Notes: generated by a model from the letters alone, not told the origin. A DNA stretch of 64,000 nt from an uncultured Gemmatimonadales bacterium (GCA_963806875.1 CAWDYU010000001.1:783508-847507), one strand, 5' to 3'. Positions 9,252-19,450 are shown, numbered from the stretch's first letter. A program made the numbers and translations.

Positions 9252-10643
9252 ATGATTCGCTTGACCATTCGCTCGGTCCGTTCCCTCGCCATCGCCGCGA
9301 CGCTCGTCAGCACCGCGTGCAGCGGTGCACCATCGGTCGAGGACGCGCGAAAGACGGTGATCGTCGACGCAGAGGGATCCCAGCTCACCGGCGCGATGCT
9401 CGAGCAGTACCTGCTTCGCATTCCCGAAGCAGCGAGTCGCGTCGCGGCCGACATGCTGGTCTCGGCATGGATCGACGTGGCGCTGCTGCAGCACGCCGAA
9501 CGCACCAATGTCGACCTGCTCGATTCGGCGACGGTCGACCTGGCACTTCGTCCCGACGCCGTCCGCGGTCTCCTCCAGCAGTTTGCGATGCAGCGGTTGC
9601 AGGCGCGGCCCGCACCCAGCGACGCCCAGGCCGACTCGATCTTCAGCCTCGGCAACGTCCGGGTATACCAGCAGCTGCTGCTGCCCATGAATGTTCGCGA
9701 CACGTCGGCCGCGAATCTCGAGCGAGTGAAGTTTGGACGGACCCTGCAGGACCGGGCCAAGGCGGGCGAGTCGTTCCTGGCGCTGGTACGCGAGTACTCG
9801 GAAGATTCGGCCTACAAGAACGTCGATGGTTTCCTGCCCGCCGCAGGGTTCGACGACTTGCCGCCTTCGATCCGGAATGCCATCTGGAACCTGGCTCCCA
9901 ACGAGGTCAGTCAGCTCGCGCCCTCGCCCCTCGGCGTCCATCTGTTCCGACGCGCGACGATCGCGGAGTCGCGGTCCGGGCTCAAGATGTGGTTGCAGCC
10001 CCGGCTCGCCGAGGTCGAGAATCTCGCATACGCCGACAGCATGCGCTCTGCCCACGACCTCAAGATTCCCGCCGGATCGGTGGAGCGGATGCGCAGCTTC
10101 GCGTCCGACCCGTTGCACGACTCGGGTGGTGACGGGCCGATGGTGACCTGGCGCGACGGCCGCCTCGACCCGCCAACCGTCCGGCTCTGGCTGTCGGTCC
10201 TCGCGCCCCGTGAACGGGTCCAGTTCGCCGGAGCCGCCGACACCACGATCAGCAACTGGCTGCTTCAGGTGGGGACGTGGGAAGTGATGGCGAAGGCGCT
10301 CGCACCCGCCGGCGTGCCCACGCCGGAAGCGAGGGCGTCGCTGGTGCCGCAGTACACCGAGTCGCTGAATCGGGTGATCGCGGCGTGGAAGATGGTCGGC
10401 CAGGGGCGCGCCGCGACCGCGGCCACGGCCGCTGTCGTCGATACGCTGACCAGCGGCAAGGTGGCCTACAACCCACCACCGGGCGCGCTGTCGGGGATAC
10501 TGCGCGGAATGTTCAAGGTTTCCGTCCAGTCCGATGCGATCGACGCGATCGTGGAATCGGCGTTGCTCGAGCGGTACCGGCGGCAGGCCGCAGACAGCGC
10601 CGGCACGAACGGCCAGCCGGCGGCGCCCAGCCCCGCGCAGTGA
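9252..10643 (+). CDS. SurA-like periplasmic chaperone / PpiC (parvulin)-type peptidyl-prolyl isomerase lipoprotein
   Basis: Start chosen at MIRLTIRSVRSLAIAATLVSTACSG (signal peptide plus lipobox). The parvulin-like core is FLALVREYSEDSAYKNVDGFLP...PPSIRNAIWNLAPNEVSQLAPSPLGVHLFRR. Confidence 0.6.
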   Translation: MIRLTIRSVRSLAIAATLVSTACSGAPSVEDARKTVIVDAEGSQLTGAMLEQYLLRIPEAASRVAADMLVSAWIDVALLQHAERTNVDLLDSATVDLALRPDAVRGLLQQFAMQRLQARPAPSDAQADSIFSLGNVRVYQQLLLPMNVRDTSAANLERVKFGRTLQDRAKAGESFLALVREYSEDSAYKNVDGFLPAAGFDDLPPSIRNAIWNLAPNEVSQLAPSPLGVHLFRRATIAESRSGLKMWLQPRLAEVENLAYADSMRSAHDLKIPAGSVERMRSFASDPLHDSGGDGPMVTWRDGRLDPPTVRLWLSVLAPRERVQFAGAADTTISNWLLQVGTWEVMAKALAPAGVPTPEARASLVPQYTESLNRVIAAWKMVGQGRAATAATAAVVDTLTSGKVAYNPPPGALSGILRGMFKVSVQSDAIDAIVESALLERYRRQAADSAGTNGQPAAPSPAQ

Positions 10644-10670
10644 CCGGTCCGATGCCGTTGGGGAGGCGGT

Positions 10671-11195
10671 TCAGCTCCGGGTGCGCTCGGTCTCGCGGCG
10701 CGACTCGACGGCGAAGAGCTGGCGGAGACGACGGCGCTCGGTGGCGGGGTATGGATGCCGCGGCGACAGACGGTCCCAGCCATCGGGACCGTGACCGACC
10801 CACAGGACATCGAGCACCAGGACCAGTTCGCGTGCCAGCGCTGTGAGCGGACACGCCAGCGCGACGGTGCGCTCCTGCGACATCATCATGTCGACGCTGC
10901 CCGATTGCCGATCGGCCCAGCTGTGAATCCTCAGGTTGACCAGTGCGCCCGACATCTCGAAGGACCACTCGTGCACCCCGGGCGAGTCTTCGATCACCAC
11001 CGACGCCCGCTCGGCGCCTTCCAGCAGCGACACGACGGCGCGGGCGAGGTCGCCGAGTGCGTCGGTGGCGTCGGTTGCCTGCATCGCGACGCGAAGGTCG
11101 TCGGCCTCGAGCGCGATCACGGCGCGGCCCGGAGTGGTCAGTGCAAAGCGCAACGAGAGCGCCATCGGTATTCCGCAGGTCGGGGTTGATTGCAT
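10671..11195 (-). CDS. Hypothetical protein
   Basis: Internal ATG (MQSTPTCGIPMALSL...) preceded by GGAG at 6-nt spacing, within an unusually AT-rich divergent promoter region. No recognisable motifs. Confidence 0.45.
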   Translation of the reverse strand: MQSTPTCGIPMALSLRFALTTPGRAVIALEADDLRVAMQATDATDALGDLARAVVSLLEGAERASVVIEDSPGVHEWSFEMSGALVNLRIHSWADRQSGSVDMMMSQERTVALACPLTALARELVLVLDVLWVGHGPDGWDRLSPRHPYPATERRRLRQLFAVESRRETERTRS

Positions 11196-11311
11196 ACTTA
11201 TCTCCAAGTATCGGCCACGCCGTTCCATGCAACAGGGATACCTCGAGGATTGGGTTGCTCGTCCAACCCTCGCCATCCGATGTGTTGCCAAATCCGTCCG
11301 GGAATTCCCGC

Positions 11312-12526
11312 GTGAACCTCGTCCTGTTGTGGCTCGCGGTGCCGCTCGTCTTCGCCCCGCTGGTGTCCCGGACCGCGACAGCAGGAGTTGCCCGCCTCCT
11401 CACCGGTGCGATCGCGCTGGCCATTCTCTGGCAGGGCAGCGGCACGCTCGATCCCACCGATCTTGCCGGGCTCGGGCGGCTCTCGCCCGATGACGCACGG
11501 TTCATCGCGTTCTCGGCCGGGATCGGCATCGCCGCACTCCTGATCGCTCCCCAAGACACCGCGTGGGGCGCAGCTCCAGCGGTGCCGCTCGCTGTCGGAC
11601 TCGTGATGTCGATCGTGCCGTCGGCGCTGCCGATTGCAGCCCTGGGAACGGTCATCGCGCTGGTCCCCAGGGCTGGGGCGGCGCTCGTGGCCCGCAGCCG
11701 CAGGCCGCCCGACCTTGGCGACGACGCCGTGTCGATCACCCCTCGTGCTCTTGCGATGCCGACGCTCGCGGCGGTTGCGATCGGGGCGCAGGGGCCGTTC
11801 CTGCTGACCGTTGCCATGGCTTTCGGGATCACGGAGTGGAGCCGCAGCGGGGCTGGCTCGACCACGCCGTGGCGGTGGCCATTGCTGCGCCCTGTCGTGG
11901 TGTTCGTACTGCTCGTACTCGCGTACGGTCTGGTTGCCACGGTTGCCGGCGATCCGCTCGTGATGGTTCGTGGCGCGGAACAATCGATACCAGCGTCGCC
12001 GGCGCTCGAGCGGCTCGTGGCCGCGCTCGTGCTGGCTGCCGCGCTCGCCATGGTGGCACCTGCGGAGCGGCGCGAACTGGCTCGCAACGCCGCGATCGCG
12101 CCGGCTGCGGTGCTCCTTGCGGCGACCGCCCTGCAGATCGCGCCCCAGGGCGCCGGGCACTGGGCGCCTCTCGCCGCCGCGGTCGTCGTACTGCTGGTTG
12201 CGGTGGCCATGTGGCGGCGGACGCCGCTTCACGCCCTCGCGCCGATCGCGGTGCTCGGCGCCATCATGCCGGGAGCGGGGTGGCCGACGGCGGCGCTCCT
12301 GCTGGCGTTGTATCCGGTGGTGGTCGTGGCTGGCGGGCCGAAAACATCGCCCCGAGGCGACGGGGCCTCCGGCTACGCACGAGTTCTGGCGAGCGGTGCC
12401 GCGATCTCGCTGGCGTTCGTCCTACGGGGTGTACTGACCGACGAAGTCGTCTGGGCGCTGCTGCTCAGCGTGCTGTGCACCACCGCTGCGTGCGTCGCGG
12501 CGCGCGACACCGGCACGGTTGCATGA
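11312..12526 (+). CDS. Ala/Leu-rich polytopic membrane protein, function unknown
   Basis: GTG start (VNLVLLWLAVPLVF...). About 10-12 hydrophobic segments run through to the stop. No family recognised. Confidence 0.5.
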   Translation: MNLVLLWLAVPLVFAPLVSRTATAGVARLLTGAIALAILWQGSGTLDPTDLAGLGRLSPDDARFIAFSAGIGIAALLIAPQDTAWGAAPAVPLAVGLVMSIVPSALPIAALGTVIALVPRAGAALVARSRRPPDLGDDAVSITPRALAMPTLAAVAIGAQGPFLLTVAMAFGITEWSRSGAGSTTPWRWPLLRPVVVFVLLVLAYGLVATVAGDPLVMVRGAEQSIPASPALERLVAALVLAAALAMVAPAERRELARNAAIAPAAVLLAATALQIAPQGAGHWAPLAAAVVVLLVAVAMWRRTPLHALAPIAVLGAIMPGAGWPTAALLLALYPVVVVAGGPKTSPRGDGASGYARVLASGAAISLAFVLRGVLTDEVVWALLLSVLCTTAACVAARDTGTVA

Positions 12527-12589
12527 TGTGATATTGCCCGTTGCCGCATGTCGGTTCATCTTGGTCCTTCAACCTGCCGGAGTCTGATG

Positions 12590-13201
12590 ATGGCTTACAC
12601 CCTGCCGCCCCTTCCATACGATTATGCCGCACTCGAGCCGAGCATCGACGAGGAGACGATGCGGATCCATCACGACAAGCATCACGCCGGGTACGTGAAC
12701 AACCTGAACGCCGCGCTCGAGGGACACGACGACCTTCTCAAGATGCCGGTCGAGCAGTTGATCGCGAACCTTGACAAGGTGCCGGAGGCCAAGCGCACCG
12801 CTGTTCGCAACAACGGTGGGGGCCACGCCAACCACTCGCTGTTCTGGACGCTGATGACGCCGGGTGGTGCGAACAAGCCGGACGGCAAGCTGGCGATCGC
12901 GATGGACAACAAGTTCGGGTCGTTCGACAGCTTCAAGGAACAGTTCGGAAAGGCGTGTGCCACGCGGTTCGGATCCGGCTGGGGTTGGCTGTCGATGGAC
13001 GCCGACGGTGCGCTCCGGATCGAGAGCACGCCCAATCAGGACTCGCCGCTGATGGAGGGCCGGACGCCACTGCTCGGCTGCGATGTCTGGGAGCATGCCT
13101 ACTATCTCAAGTACCAGAACAAGCGCCCCGACTATGTGAGCGCCTGGTGGAACGTCGTCAACTGGACCGTCGTCGGCGAGAGCTTCTCCGGGTCCCGTTG
13201 A
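12590..13201 (+). CDS. sodA: Superoxide dismutase, Mn-type (Fe/Mn SOD family)
   Basis: [57 protein letters not shown] and [18 protein letters not shown]. The GGGHxNHxxFW and NQD contexts favour Mn specificity. Confidence 0.88.
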   Translation: MAYTLPPLPYDYAALEPSIDEETMRIHHDKHHAGYVNNLNAALEGHDDLLKMPVEQLIANLDKVPEAKRTAVRNNGGGHANHSLFWTLMTPGGANKPDGKLAIAMDNKFGSFDSFKEQFGKACATRFGSGWGWLSMDADGALRIESTPNQDSPLMEGRTPLLGCDVWEHAYYLKYQNKRPDYVSAWWNVVNWTVVGESFSGSR

Positions 13202-13671
13202 ACGGACTTCCCGCCGTCGGCTCGGTCGCACCCGATTTCACGCTGCCATCGACCAGTGGGCAGCCGGTGACGTTGTCGTCGTTTCGTGGCTGGAAGAACG
13301 TGGTGCTCGCGTTCTTCCCGCTTGCCTTCACCGGCACCTGCACCCGTGAGATGGTCGATTTCTCCGACGACCACACCGCGTTCGACGATCTCGACGCGGT
13401 GGTGCTGGCGATCTCGGTCGACTCGGTGCCGACCCTCAAGGAGTTTCAGGGGAAGATCGGGATGCGGGTCGAGTTCCTGAGCGACTTTCGTCGCGACGTG
13501 AGTCGCGCCTACGGCACGTTGCTCGAAGACCAGTTCTTCTCCCGTCGTGCCTATGTCCTGATCGATGAAGCGGGCGTGGTGCGCTGGACGCACGAAGAAG
13601 CCGTGCTCGGCCAGAAGCGCAACAACGCCGAGTTGTTCGAGCAGCTGCGCCTGCTGAACGCCGCCGTCTGA
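13198..13671 (+). CDS. Peroxiredoxin (AhpC/TSA-redoxin family, Bcp/AhpE-like)
   Basis: The TTG start overlaps the sodA stop (TTGA). [43 protein letters not shown] contains the peroxidatic Cys in the P-x-x-x-T-x-x-C context. Confidence 0.8.
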   Translation: MNGLPAVGSVAPDFTLPSTSGQPVTLSSFRGWKNVVLAFFPLAFTGTCTREMVDFSDDHTAFDDLDAVVLAISVDSVPTLKEFQGKIGMRVEFLSDFRRDVSRAYGTLLEDQFFSRRAYVLIDEAGVVRWTHEEAVLGQKRNNAELFEQLRLLNAAV

Positions 13672-13727
13672 GCAGGGCCGACGCACGGCGCTTGCCGCGC
13701 ACGGCGCGCCAGCCCACCTTCCACGCA

Positions 13728-14189
13728 ATGCTCCCTACACGATACGTCCTCGCGGCGGCAATCCTGGTTGCCGCCAGCGGATGCCGATTCGAGGACCGGA
13801 CACCCGGTGGTGCCCGGCGCGACGACCTGTCGCTCGATCGGGTCGCCGGGGTGTTCTACGGGGCACTGGCGCGCCACGACACCGCGGCACTCGCCCGGAT
13901 CACCTTTCCCACCGCCACCGCGCTGGTCGACGACGGTCGGCGCCCCGCGTCGCTCGTCCCGATTCCCGCCGTGCTCGATGTTCCGGGCGCCCGCACCGCG
14001 TTGCCGGTGCCCCGGATCGTGCGCACCGAACTCCGGGCAGAAGGCGGGGCCGCGACCGCGCGCGTCGTGATCGCGGTCTCCGCGCCCCGCGAGATGGAAG
14101 CGGTGGACGTGCTGACACTCGCACGGGAAGGGGGCAGCTGGCGAGTCGCACACGTACTGTTCGGGCCATGGCGCACCCGACCGCAGTGA
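13728..14189 (+). CDS. Hypothetical lipoprotein
   Basis: MLPTRYVLAAAILVAASGCRF gives a signal peptide plus lipobox. About 150 aa, no catalytic motifs recognised. Confidence 0.45.
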   Translation: MLPTRYVLAAAILVAASGCRFEDRTPGGARRDDLSLDRVAGVFYGALARHDTAALARITFPTATALVDDGRRPASLVPIPAVLDVPGARTALPVPRIVRTELRAEGGAATARVVIAVSAPREMEAVDVLTLAREGGSWRVAHVLFGPWRTRPQ

Positions 14190-15634
14190 CCGAGACGCCG
14201 CGCCCCGTGCCACCACCCCTCGCGGTGGTGTCCGGCGCTGCGCGCATCCTCGCGATCCCCGGTGCCGGATCGGAGCGCTTGCAGGAACTCTGTGATTTCC
14301 TCCGCTCGGCGCTCCCCGCCACCCAGGTCAGGATCAGGGTCGGCACCCGGCGCAGCGATGAGCATGTGTGCGGCGATGGCGTCGAGGGTGACACGCCGTT
14401 CGTCGTCACGGTGCCGATGGGCGCAGACCGCGTGGTGACGATCGAGGCCTACGGTTCCCGGCGGCTGCCCGCCGAGCTTCGTCCGATCCTCGAGACCGCC
14501 GCAACATTGCTCGTCTCGATGTTGCCAGCCATCGCCCAGTCGTCCGAGTCAGACCCGGCGCTGGAGCGGCGCCTTAACCGGCTCACCGTCGATTCGCTTC
14601 CCCTCGGGCTGTATCTCGTCGACCGCGACTATCGCATCGTGCTCTGGAACCGCAAGCGTGAAACCGGCACCCAGGGCCTGCGTCGTGAGGAGGTGCTCGG
14701 TCGCACCGTGTTCGACGTGTTGCGTCGCCAGGAAGCGGATGCGCTGCGCGCCGAGTTCGATCATGTCTTCCTCACCGGCGAGGCGCACGAATCGGAGCAG
14801 CTGGTGCAGGCGGGGGGCGACGCGCGCATCTACCGGACGTCGCGGCTCCCGATGCGCCTCGAGGGCGACGAAGTGTCGCACGTGATCACCATTGGCGAGG
14901 ACGTGACCGAGACCCGTGCCATGAACCAGTCGATGTACCAGACGGAGAAGCTGGCCGCAGTCGGGCAGCTCGCCGCCGGGGTCATGCACGAGATCAACAA
15001 CCCGCTCGCGACGATCGGCGCATGCGTCACCGCCATCTCATCGCGGCTGGGCGTCTCGGCAGAGCCCGTCGTGCGGGAGTATCTCGACATCATCGAGAGC
15101 GAGGTGGTGCGGTGCACCAACATCGTCGATGGCCTGCTCGATTTCTCGCGTGCCGGTCGCGCCGGTGGTGCGTTCGAGGATTGCGAACTCAATTCGCTGC
15201 TCGACCGTACCCTCTATCTCCTCAAGCATCACCAGCGGTTCCGGCGCCTCGACGTGAAGCGTGAGATGCACGCCAACCTCCCGGTGATCAAGGGGAACGC
15301 GGAGCGGTTGATCCAGGCGATCATGGCGATCCTGCTCAACGCCGCCGACGCGACCAACGGCAACGGACAGGTCACGGTGTCGACCCGCGTCGAGGGGTTG
15401 TTCGTGGTCGCCGAGCTGACCGACGACGGGCCGGGCATTCCCGCCGATGTCGTGCCCAAGATCTTCGAGCCGTTCTACACCACCAAGGGTCCCACGCGCG
15501 GAACCGGACTCGGCCTTGCGATCTCGTACGGCATCGTTGCGGATCATCAAGGAAAGCTCGATGTGCGCAGCGAGCCGGGCCGCGGCACCACCTTCCGCAT
15601 TGCCCTGCCGATTGCGCGGGAGGCGGTCGCGTGA
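14168..15634 (+). CDS. Soluble PAS-domain sensor histidine kinase
   Basis: Start at MAHPTAV. PAS-like segment (LGLYLVDRDYRIVLWNRKRE...), H-box AAGVMHEINNPLATI, N-box LLNAADA and G-boxes DDGPGIP / GTGLGLAISYG. No TM helix. Confidence 0.8.
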   Translation: MAHPTAVTETPRPVPPPLAVVSGAARILAIPGAGSERLQELCDFLRSALPATQVRIRVGTRRSDEHVCGDGVEGDTPFVVTVPMGADRVVTIEAYGSRRLPAELRPILETAATLLVSMLPAIAQSSESDPALERRLNRLTVDSLPLGLYLVDRDYRIVLWNRKRETGTQGLRREEVLGRTVFDVLRRQEADALRAEFDHVFLTGEAHESEQLVQAGGDARIYRTSRLPMRLEGDEVSHVITIGEDVTETRAMNQSMYQTEKLAAVGQLAAGVMHEINNPLATIGACVTAISSRLGVSAEPVVREYLDIIESEVVRCTNIVDGLLDFSRAGRAGGAFEDCELNSLLDRTLYLLKHHQRFRRLDVKREMHANLPVIKGNAERLIQAIMAILLNAADATNGNGQVTVSTRVEGLFVVAELTDDGPGIPADVVPKIFEPFYTTKGPTRGTGLGLAISYGIVADHQGKLDVRSEPGRGTTFRIALPIAREAVA

Positions 15635-16299
15635 AACTGCTCGTGGTGGAGGACGACCGTACGGTCGGACAGTACGTCAAGCGGGGGCTGGAGGAGCAGC
15701 AGTACATCGCCGATTGGGTGGGCGACGGCGCCGAGGCGCTGCAACTCGCGTCGGCGGGGCACTACGACCTCATGATCCTCGACCTCCGGCTCCCCGGAAT
15801 GACCGGACTCGAGGTGTTGCGGACATTGCGGGACCGCGGAATCACGATGCCGGTGCTGGTCCTCACGGCGCAGGACGGCGTCGAGTTCAAGGTCGATGCG
15901 CTCCGCGGTGGTGCCGACGATTACGTCACCAAGCCATTTGCGTTCGACGAGTTGCTGGCCCGGGTCGAAGCGCTCTCACGACGGCCCCGGCAGCTCACCG
16001 CGCGGGTGCTGCGGGTTGCCGATCTCGAGCTCGACCTCGATGCGCGGCAGGTTACCCGGGCCGGTGAGGCGATCGAGCTCACCCCCAAGGAGTATGCGGT
16101 GCTGGAATACCTCATGCGCCATCCCGGGCGGGTGATGACGCGCACGCTCATCACCGAATACGCGTGGGACTACCATTTCGATCCGGGCACCAACATCGTC
16201 GACGTCGTCATCAACCGGTTGCGCAAGAAGATCGATGCGTCGTGGCCGCAGAAGCTGGTGCACACGGTGCGCGGGGTTGGCTACGTCGTGAAGCCCTGA
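15631..16299 (+). CDS. OmpR/PhoB-family response regulator
   Basis: The GTG start overlaps the upstream kinase stop (GTGA). Receiver domain (MKLLVVEDD...DLMILDLRLPGMTG...TAQD) plus a winged-helix C-terminus (LTPKEYAVLEYLMRHPGRVMTR...VHTVRGVGY). Confidence 0.9.
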   Translation: MKLLVVEDDRTVGQYVKRGLEEQQYIADWVGDGAEALQLASAGHYDLMILDLRLPGMTGLEVLRTLRDRGITMPVLVLTAQDGVEFKVDALRGGADDYVTKPFAFDELLARVEALSRRPRQLTARVLRVADLELDLDARQVTRAGEAIELTPKEYAVLEYLMRHPGRVMTRTLITEYAWDYHFDPGTNIVDVVINRLRKKIDASWPQKLVHTVRGVGYVVKP

Positions 16300-17805
16300 A
16301 TGCAGTCGATCCGGCTCCGGCTCACCCTCTGGTACACCTTCGCGATGACCGTGACCCTCGCGATCTTCGCGGCCGGGTTGTACTGGGAGCGTCGGCAGGC
16401 GGCGGTGTTCGAGCAGGAGACGCGGCTCACGGAACGCCTCACGATCGAGGCTGATTTCGCCGAGCGCTGGTTGAACGAGTCGTGGAAGTCGCTGCAGACG
16501 GTGGTGGTGCCCATCGAGGGGGTCGGTCGCGAGGTCGACACCAGTTACGTGCTGGTGAGCGACGTCAGTGCCTACTTCGAGGGAATGGGGCTGCGCGACT
16601 ACCTCGCCGTTTCCGACAACGCGGGGCGGCCCCTCTATGTGTCGGCTCGCGCCACCGAGCTGGGTTACGACGGCGCCGCGCGGATGCGGGACCTGCTGGC
16701 GCGGCGCCCGCTGGAGGACCGCAGCGGCCTGGTCCGCCTGGCGCCGACCGGGCCGCCGTTCCGCTATCAGGTGCGGCGGATCGACAGCGCCGGTCCCCAG
16801 ATCAGCGCCTTGCTGGTGGCGGCCCAACCCGAGCCGCTGCTGTACGGGCCGCGGGAGCTGCTGCGCTCGATGCTGATCGTGGCACCCTTGATCGTGGTGG
16901 CGTCGAGCATTCTCGGATACTGGCTCGCGGCCAACTCGCTCCGCCCTGTCGATGCGATCATCAACGAGATCGAGGCGATCACCGATGGGCGCTCACTCCA
17001 CCGTCGGCTGGCGTCGGCCCCCGGTCGCGACGACGAACTCGGTCGGCTGGCCACCACGCTCAATGCGATGCTTGCCCGCATCGAGACCTCATTCACCGCC
17101 CTCAGGCGGTTCACCGCCGACGCATCGCACGAGCTCAAGACGCCGCTGATGGTGCTTCGCGCCGGGGTCGAGCGGTCGCTCACCCACCCTGGTACACCGG
17201 GTGACGTGGTGGCCACGCTCGACGAGACGCTGCGTCAGGTCAACACGATGAACGAGCTCGTCACCAACCTGCTCACACTGGCCCGGGCCGACGAAGGGCG
17301 TGCCTCGCTCTCGCTTGAACCGGCCGATCTCAGGGCGATCGTCGTCGAGACCGGCGAGACCGCCGAGATCCTCGGCGAGGAACGAGGGATCGCCGTTTCC
17401 GTGCAGCTCCCCGACGAGCCGGTGATCCTCACGGTGGACCCCGTCCGGGTGCGACAGCTCCTGCTCAACCTGATGACCAACGCGGTCAAGTACACGCCGG
17501 AGGGGAGCGTCACGATCACGCTCGCCCAGGCAGACCGCCATGCCACGATTGCGGTGCGGGATACCGGTATCGGGATTGCGGCCGGCGATCTCGCCAACAT
17601 CTTCGACCGCTTCTGGCGGGCCGATCCGGCGCGCTCCCGGGCCGAGGACCGGCCCGGTGTGGGGCTGGGGCTGTCGATCGCAAAGTGGATCACCGAGGCA
17701 CATGGTGGTACTATTGCGGTCCAGAGTCGCCCGGGGCGGGGTACGACATTCGTCGTGACACTTCCGCTGGACGACACCGCGACCCTCCCTGGCGCGGATC
17801 AGTAA
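16300..17805 (+). CDS. Membrane sensor histidine kinase (TM-periplasmic-TM-HAMP-HisKA-HATPase)
   Basis: The ATG immediately abuts the regulator's stop. Two TM helices, a HAMP region, H-box FTADASHELKTPL, and G-boxes DTGIGIA / GVGLGLSIAK. Confidence 0.85.
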   Translation: MQSIRLRLTLWYTFAMTVTLAIFAAGLYWERRQAAVFEQETRLTERLTIEADFAERWLNESWKSLQTVVVPIEGVGREVDTSYVLVSDVSAYFEGMGLRDYLAVSDNAGRPLYVSARATELGYDGAARMRDLLARRPLEDRSGLVRLAPTGPPFRYQVRRIDSAGPQISALLVAAQPEPLLYGPRELLRSMLIVAPLIVVASSILGYWLAANSLRPVDAIINEIEAITDGRSLHRRLASAPGRDDELGRLATTLNAMLARIETSFTALRRFTADASHELKTPLMVLRAGVERSLTHPGTPGDVVATLDETLRQVNTMNELVTNLLTLARADEGRASLSLEPADLRAIVVETGETAEILGEERGIAVSVQLPDEPVILTVDPVRVRQLLLNLMTNAVKYTPEGSVTITLAQADRHATIAVRDTGIGIAAGDLANIFDRFWRADPARSRAEDRPGVGLGLSIAKWITEAHGGTIAVQSRPGRGTTFVVTLPLDDTATLPGADQ

Positions 17806-17922
17806 TCCGGTTGTCATTGAAATGTCACGAAGTGGTGAACCAGGCGCGACGTGCGTCCCCCATCTTTGTGGTGTAAGACATCATCCCGCCGCCTGGCGGA
17901 TGGTCCCGCATCGGAGGTAGTC

Positions 17923-18624
17923 GTGTTCGACAACCTGATCGAATCGAAACCGAAGCGCGAACGGACGATCGGCGAGCTGGCCGTCTCGTTCCTTGTCCAC
18001 GGCGTGCTCATTGCCGGCGCCGCGATGGCGACCAAGGGCGCCGCTGAGACGGTCCGCGCGATCGTCGAGGATACGACGTCGTTCCTGCTCAAGCCGCCCC
18101 CGCCGCCCCCGCCGCCGCCCGACCAGCCGCCGCCGCCCGATGTGGTGGTGTCGAGCAATCCGCCGCCACAGGGCTTCCAGACCATCGTGCCGCCCAAGGA
18201 CATCCCGACGAACATTCCGCCGGTGAACCTCACCGAGAAGTTCGATTCGAAGAACTTTTCCGGTAAGGGCGTCGAGGGTGGCATTGCGACCGGTGTTGTC
18301 GGCGGTACCGGCCCCGTGATCACCGGCGAGGTGTTCACGGTCGACCAGATCGACGACCCGGTGCAGCGCCTCAGTGGCCCCGATCCGCGGTACCCGCCCG
18401 GACTCAAGGCTGCGAGCATCGAGGGCGTGGTCACGCTCGAGTTCGTCGTCAGCGCGGAGGGTCGTGTCGAGGGCGGTTCGATCAAGGTCATCGACAGCAG
18501 CAACAAGGCGTTCGAGGAGCCCGCCATCGAGGCGGTGCGGAAGTCGATCTTCAAGCCGGCACGGGTGCGTGGCTCGCCGGTTCGGCAGTTGGTACGACAG
18601 TCGGTCCGATTCACGATTTCCTGA
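17923..18624 (+). CDS. tonB: Energy transducer TonB
   Basis: GTG preceded by GGAGG at 5-nt spacing. N-terminal TM helix, proline tract KPPPPPPPPPDQPPPPDVV, and a TonB C-terminal domain (YPPGLKAASIEGVVTLEFVVSAEGRV...). Confidence 0.8.
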   Translation: MFDNLIESKPKRERTIGELAVSFLVHGVLIAGAAMATKGAAETVRAIVEDTTSFLLKPPPPPPPPPDQPPPPDVVVSSNPPPQGFQTIVPPKDIPTNIPPVNLTEKFDSKNFSGKGVEGGIATGVVGGTGPVITGEVFTVDQIDDPVQRLSGPDPRYPPGLKAASIEGVVTLEFVVSAEGRVEGGSIKVIDSSNKAFEEPAIEAVRKSIFKPARVRGSPVRQLVRQSVRFTIS

Positions 18625-18697
18625 CGACGGCGCAGCAGATCACAAGCGGCCGCGCCGTCGCGGCCAACACACAACCTGAACTTCGGAAGGCCGAATC

Positions 18698-19450
18698 ATG
18701 AACATGAGCATGATGCATCTCTGGAACGACGCCGGCTTGTTCGCGCGTGGAGTGATCGTCGTCCTGGCGATCATGTCGATCTACTCACTGACCGTGTCGA
18801 TGCAGAAGTGGCTCAAGGTGCGCAAGAGCGAGGCGGAGACCCGCAAGTTTGCGCCGCAGTTCTCCCGCGCCATCCAGGAAGAGAACCTCGACCAGGCAAT
18901 CGCCCTCGCCGAGAAGATGAAGGACTCCCACGTCGCCCGCGTGCTCGGTGGCGCCCTGTCGGAGGTCAAGCCACTGCTCCGCGACCGCGCGACCATCACC
19001 GCTGCCGACATCAACTCGGCCGAGCGGGCCGTCGAGCGCCAGATGCTGATCGTCCTCGCCGAGTTCAAGCGCGGCCTGGGTGTGCTCGGTACGGTGGCCT
19101 CCACCGCACCGTTCGTCGGTCTGCTCGGCACGACGATGGGTATCGTGAACTCGTTCGCGGCCATGGGTGAAGCGGGCGGCGCGGCTGGCGGTCTCGCCGG
19201 CATCTCGGCCGGTATTTCCGAGGCGCTGATCACCACCGCCTTCGGCCTCATCGTGGCCATCCCGGCGGTGTGGCTCTACAACTACTTCACGACCAAGGTC
19301 GACAATCTCTCGGTCGAGATGACCTACACCTCCAAGGAACTGATCGACTACCTCATCAAGAGCGTCGGCAGCGAGTTTGGCCGGTCGATCTTCACCAAGG
19401 AATTCCAGGCACAGAAGGCGGTGACGGGCAGTGGCCACATCAGCGGGTAG
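18698..19450 (+). CDS. exbB: MotA/TolQ/ExbB proton-channel protein
   Basis: 250-aa ORF with three TM helices and the conserved LGLLGTVxG / GISEALITTAFGLIVAIP context. Confidence 0.9.
   Translation: MNMSMMHLWNDAGLFARGVIVVLAIMSIYSLTVSMQKWLKVRKSEAETRKFAPQFSRAIQEENLDQAIALAEKMKDSHVARVLGGALSEVKPLLRDRATITAADINSAERAVERQMLIVLAEFKRGLGVLGTVASTAPFVGLLGTTMGIVNSFAAMGEAGGAAGGLAGISAGISEALITTAFGLIVAIPAVWLYNYFTTKVDNLSVEMTYTSKELIDYLIKSVGSEFGRSIFTKEFQAQKAVTGSGHISG

Noticed and set aside
10513-12210. A very long ORF (565 aa) antisense to the membrane-protein gene. Similar long ORFs occur at 31762-33210, 33426-34733, 41379-42806, 42807-43913, 44867-46312 and 9009-10118.
   Set aside because: The products are Arg/Ala/Gly/Pro-rich with no motifs. 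They lie antisense to genes with clear family signatures (ino1, PiT/DUF47, DUF389, aspA, PPIase). These are typical shadow ORFs in stop-poor DNA of about 70% GC.
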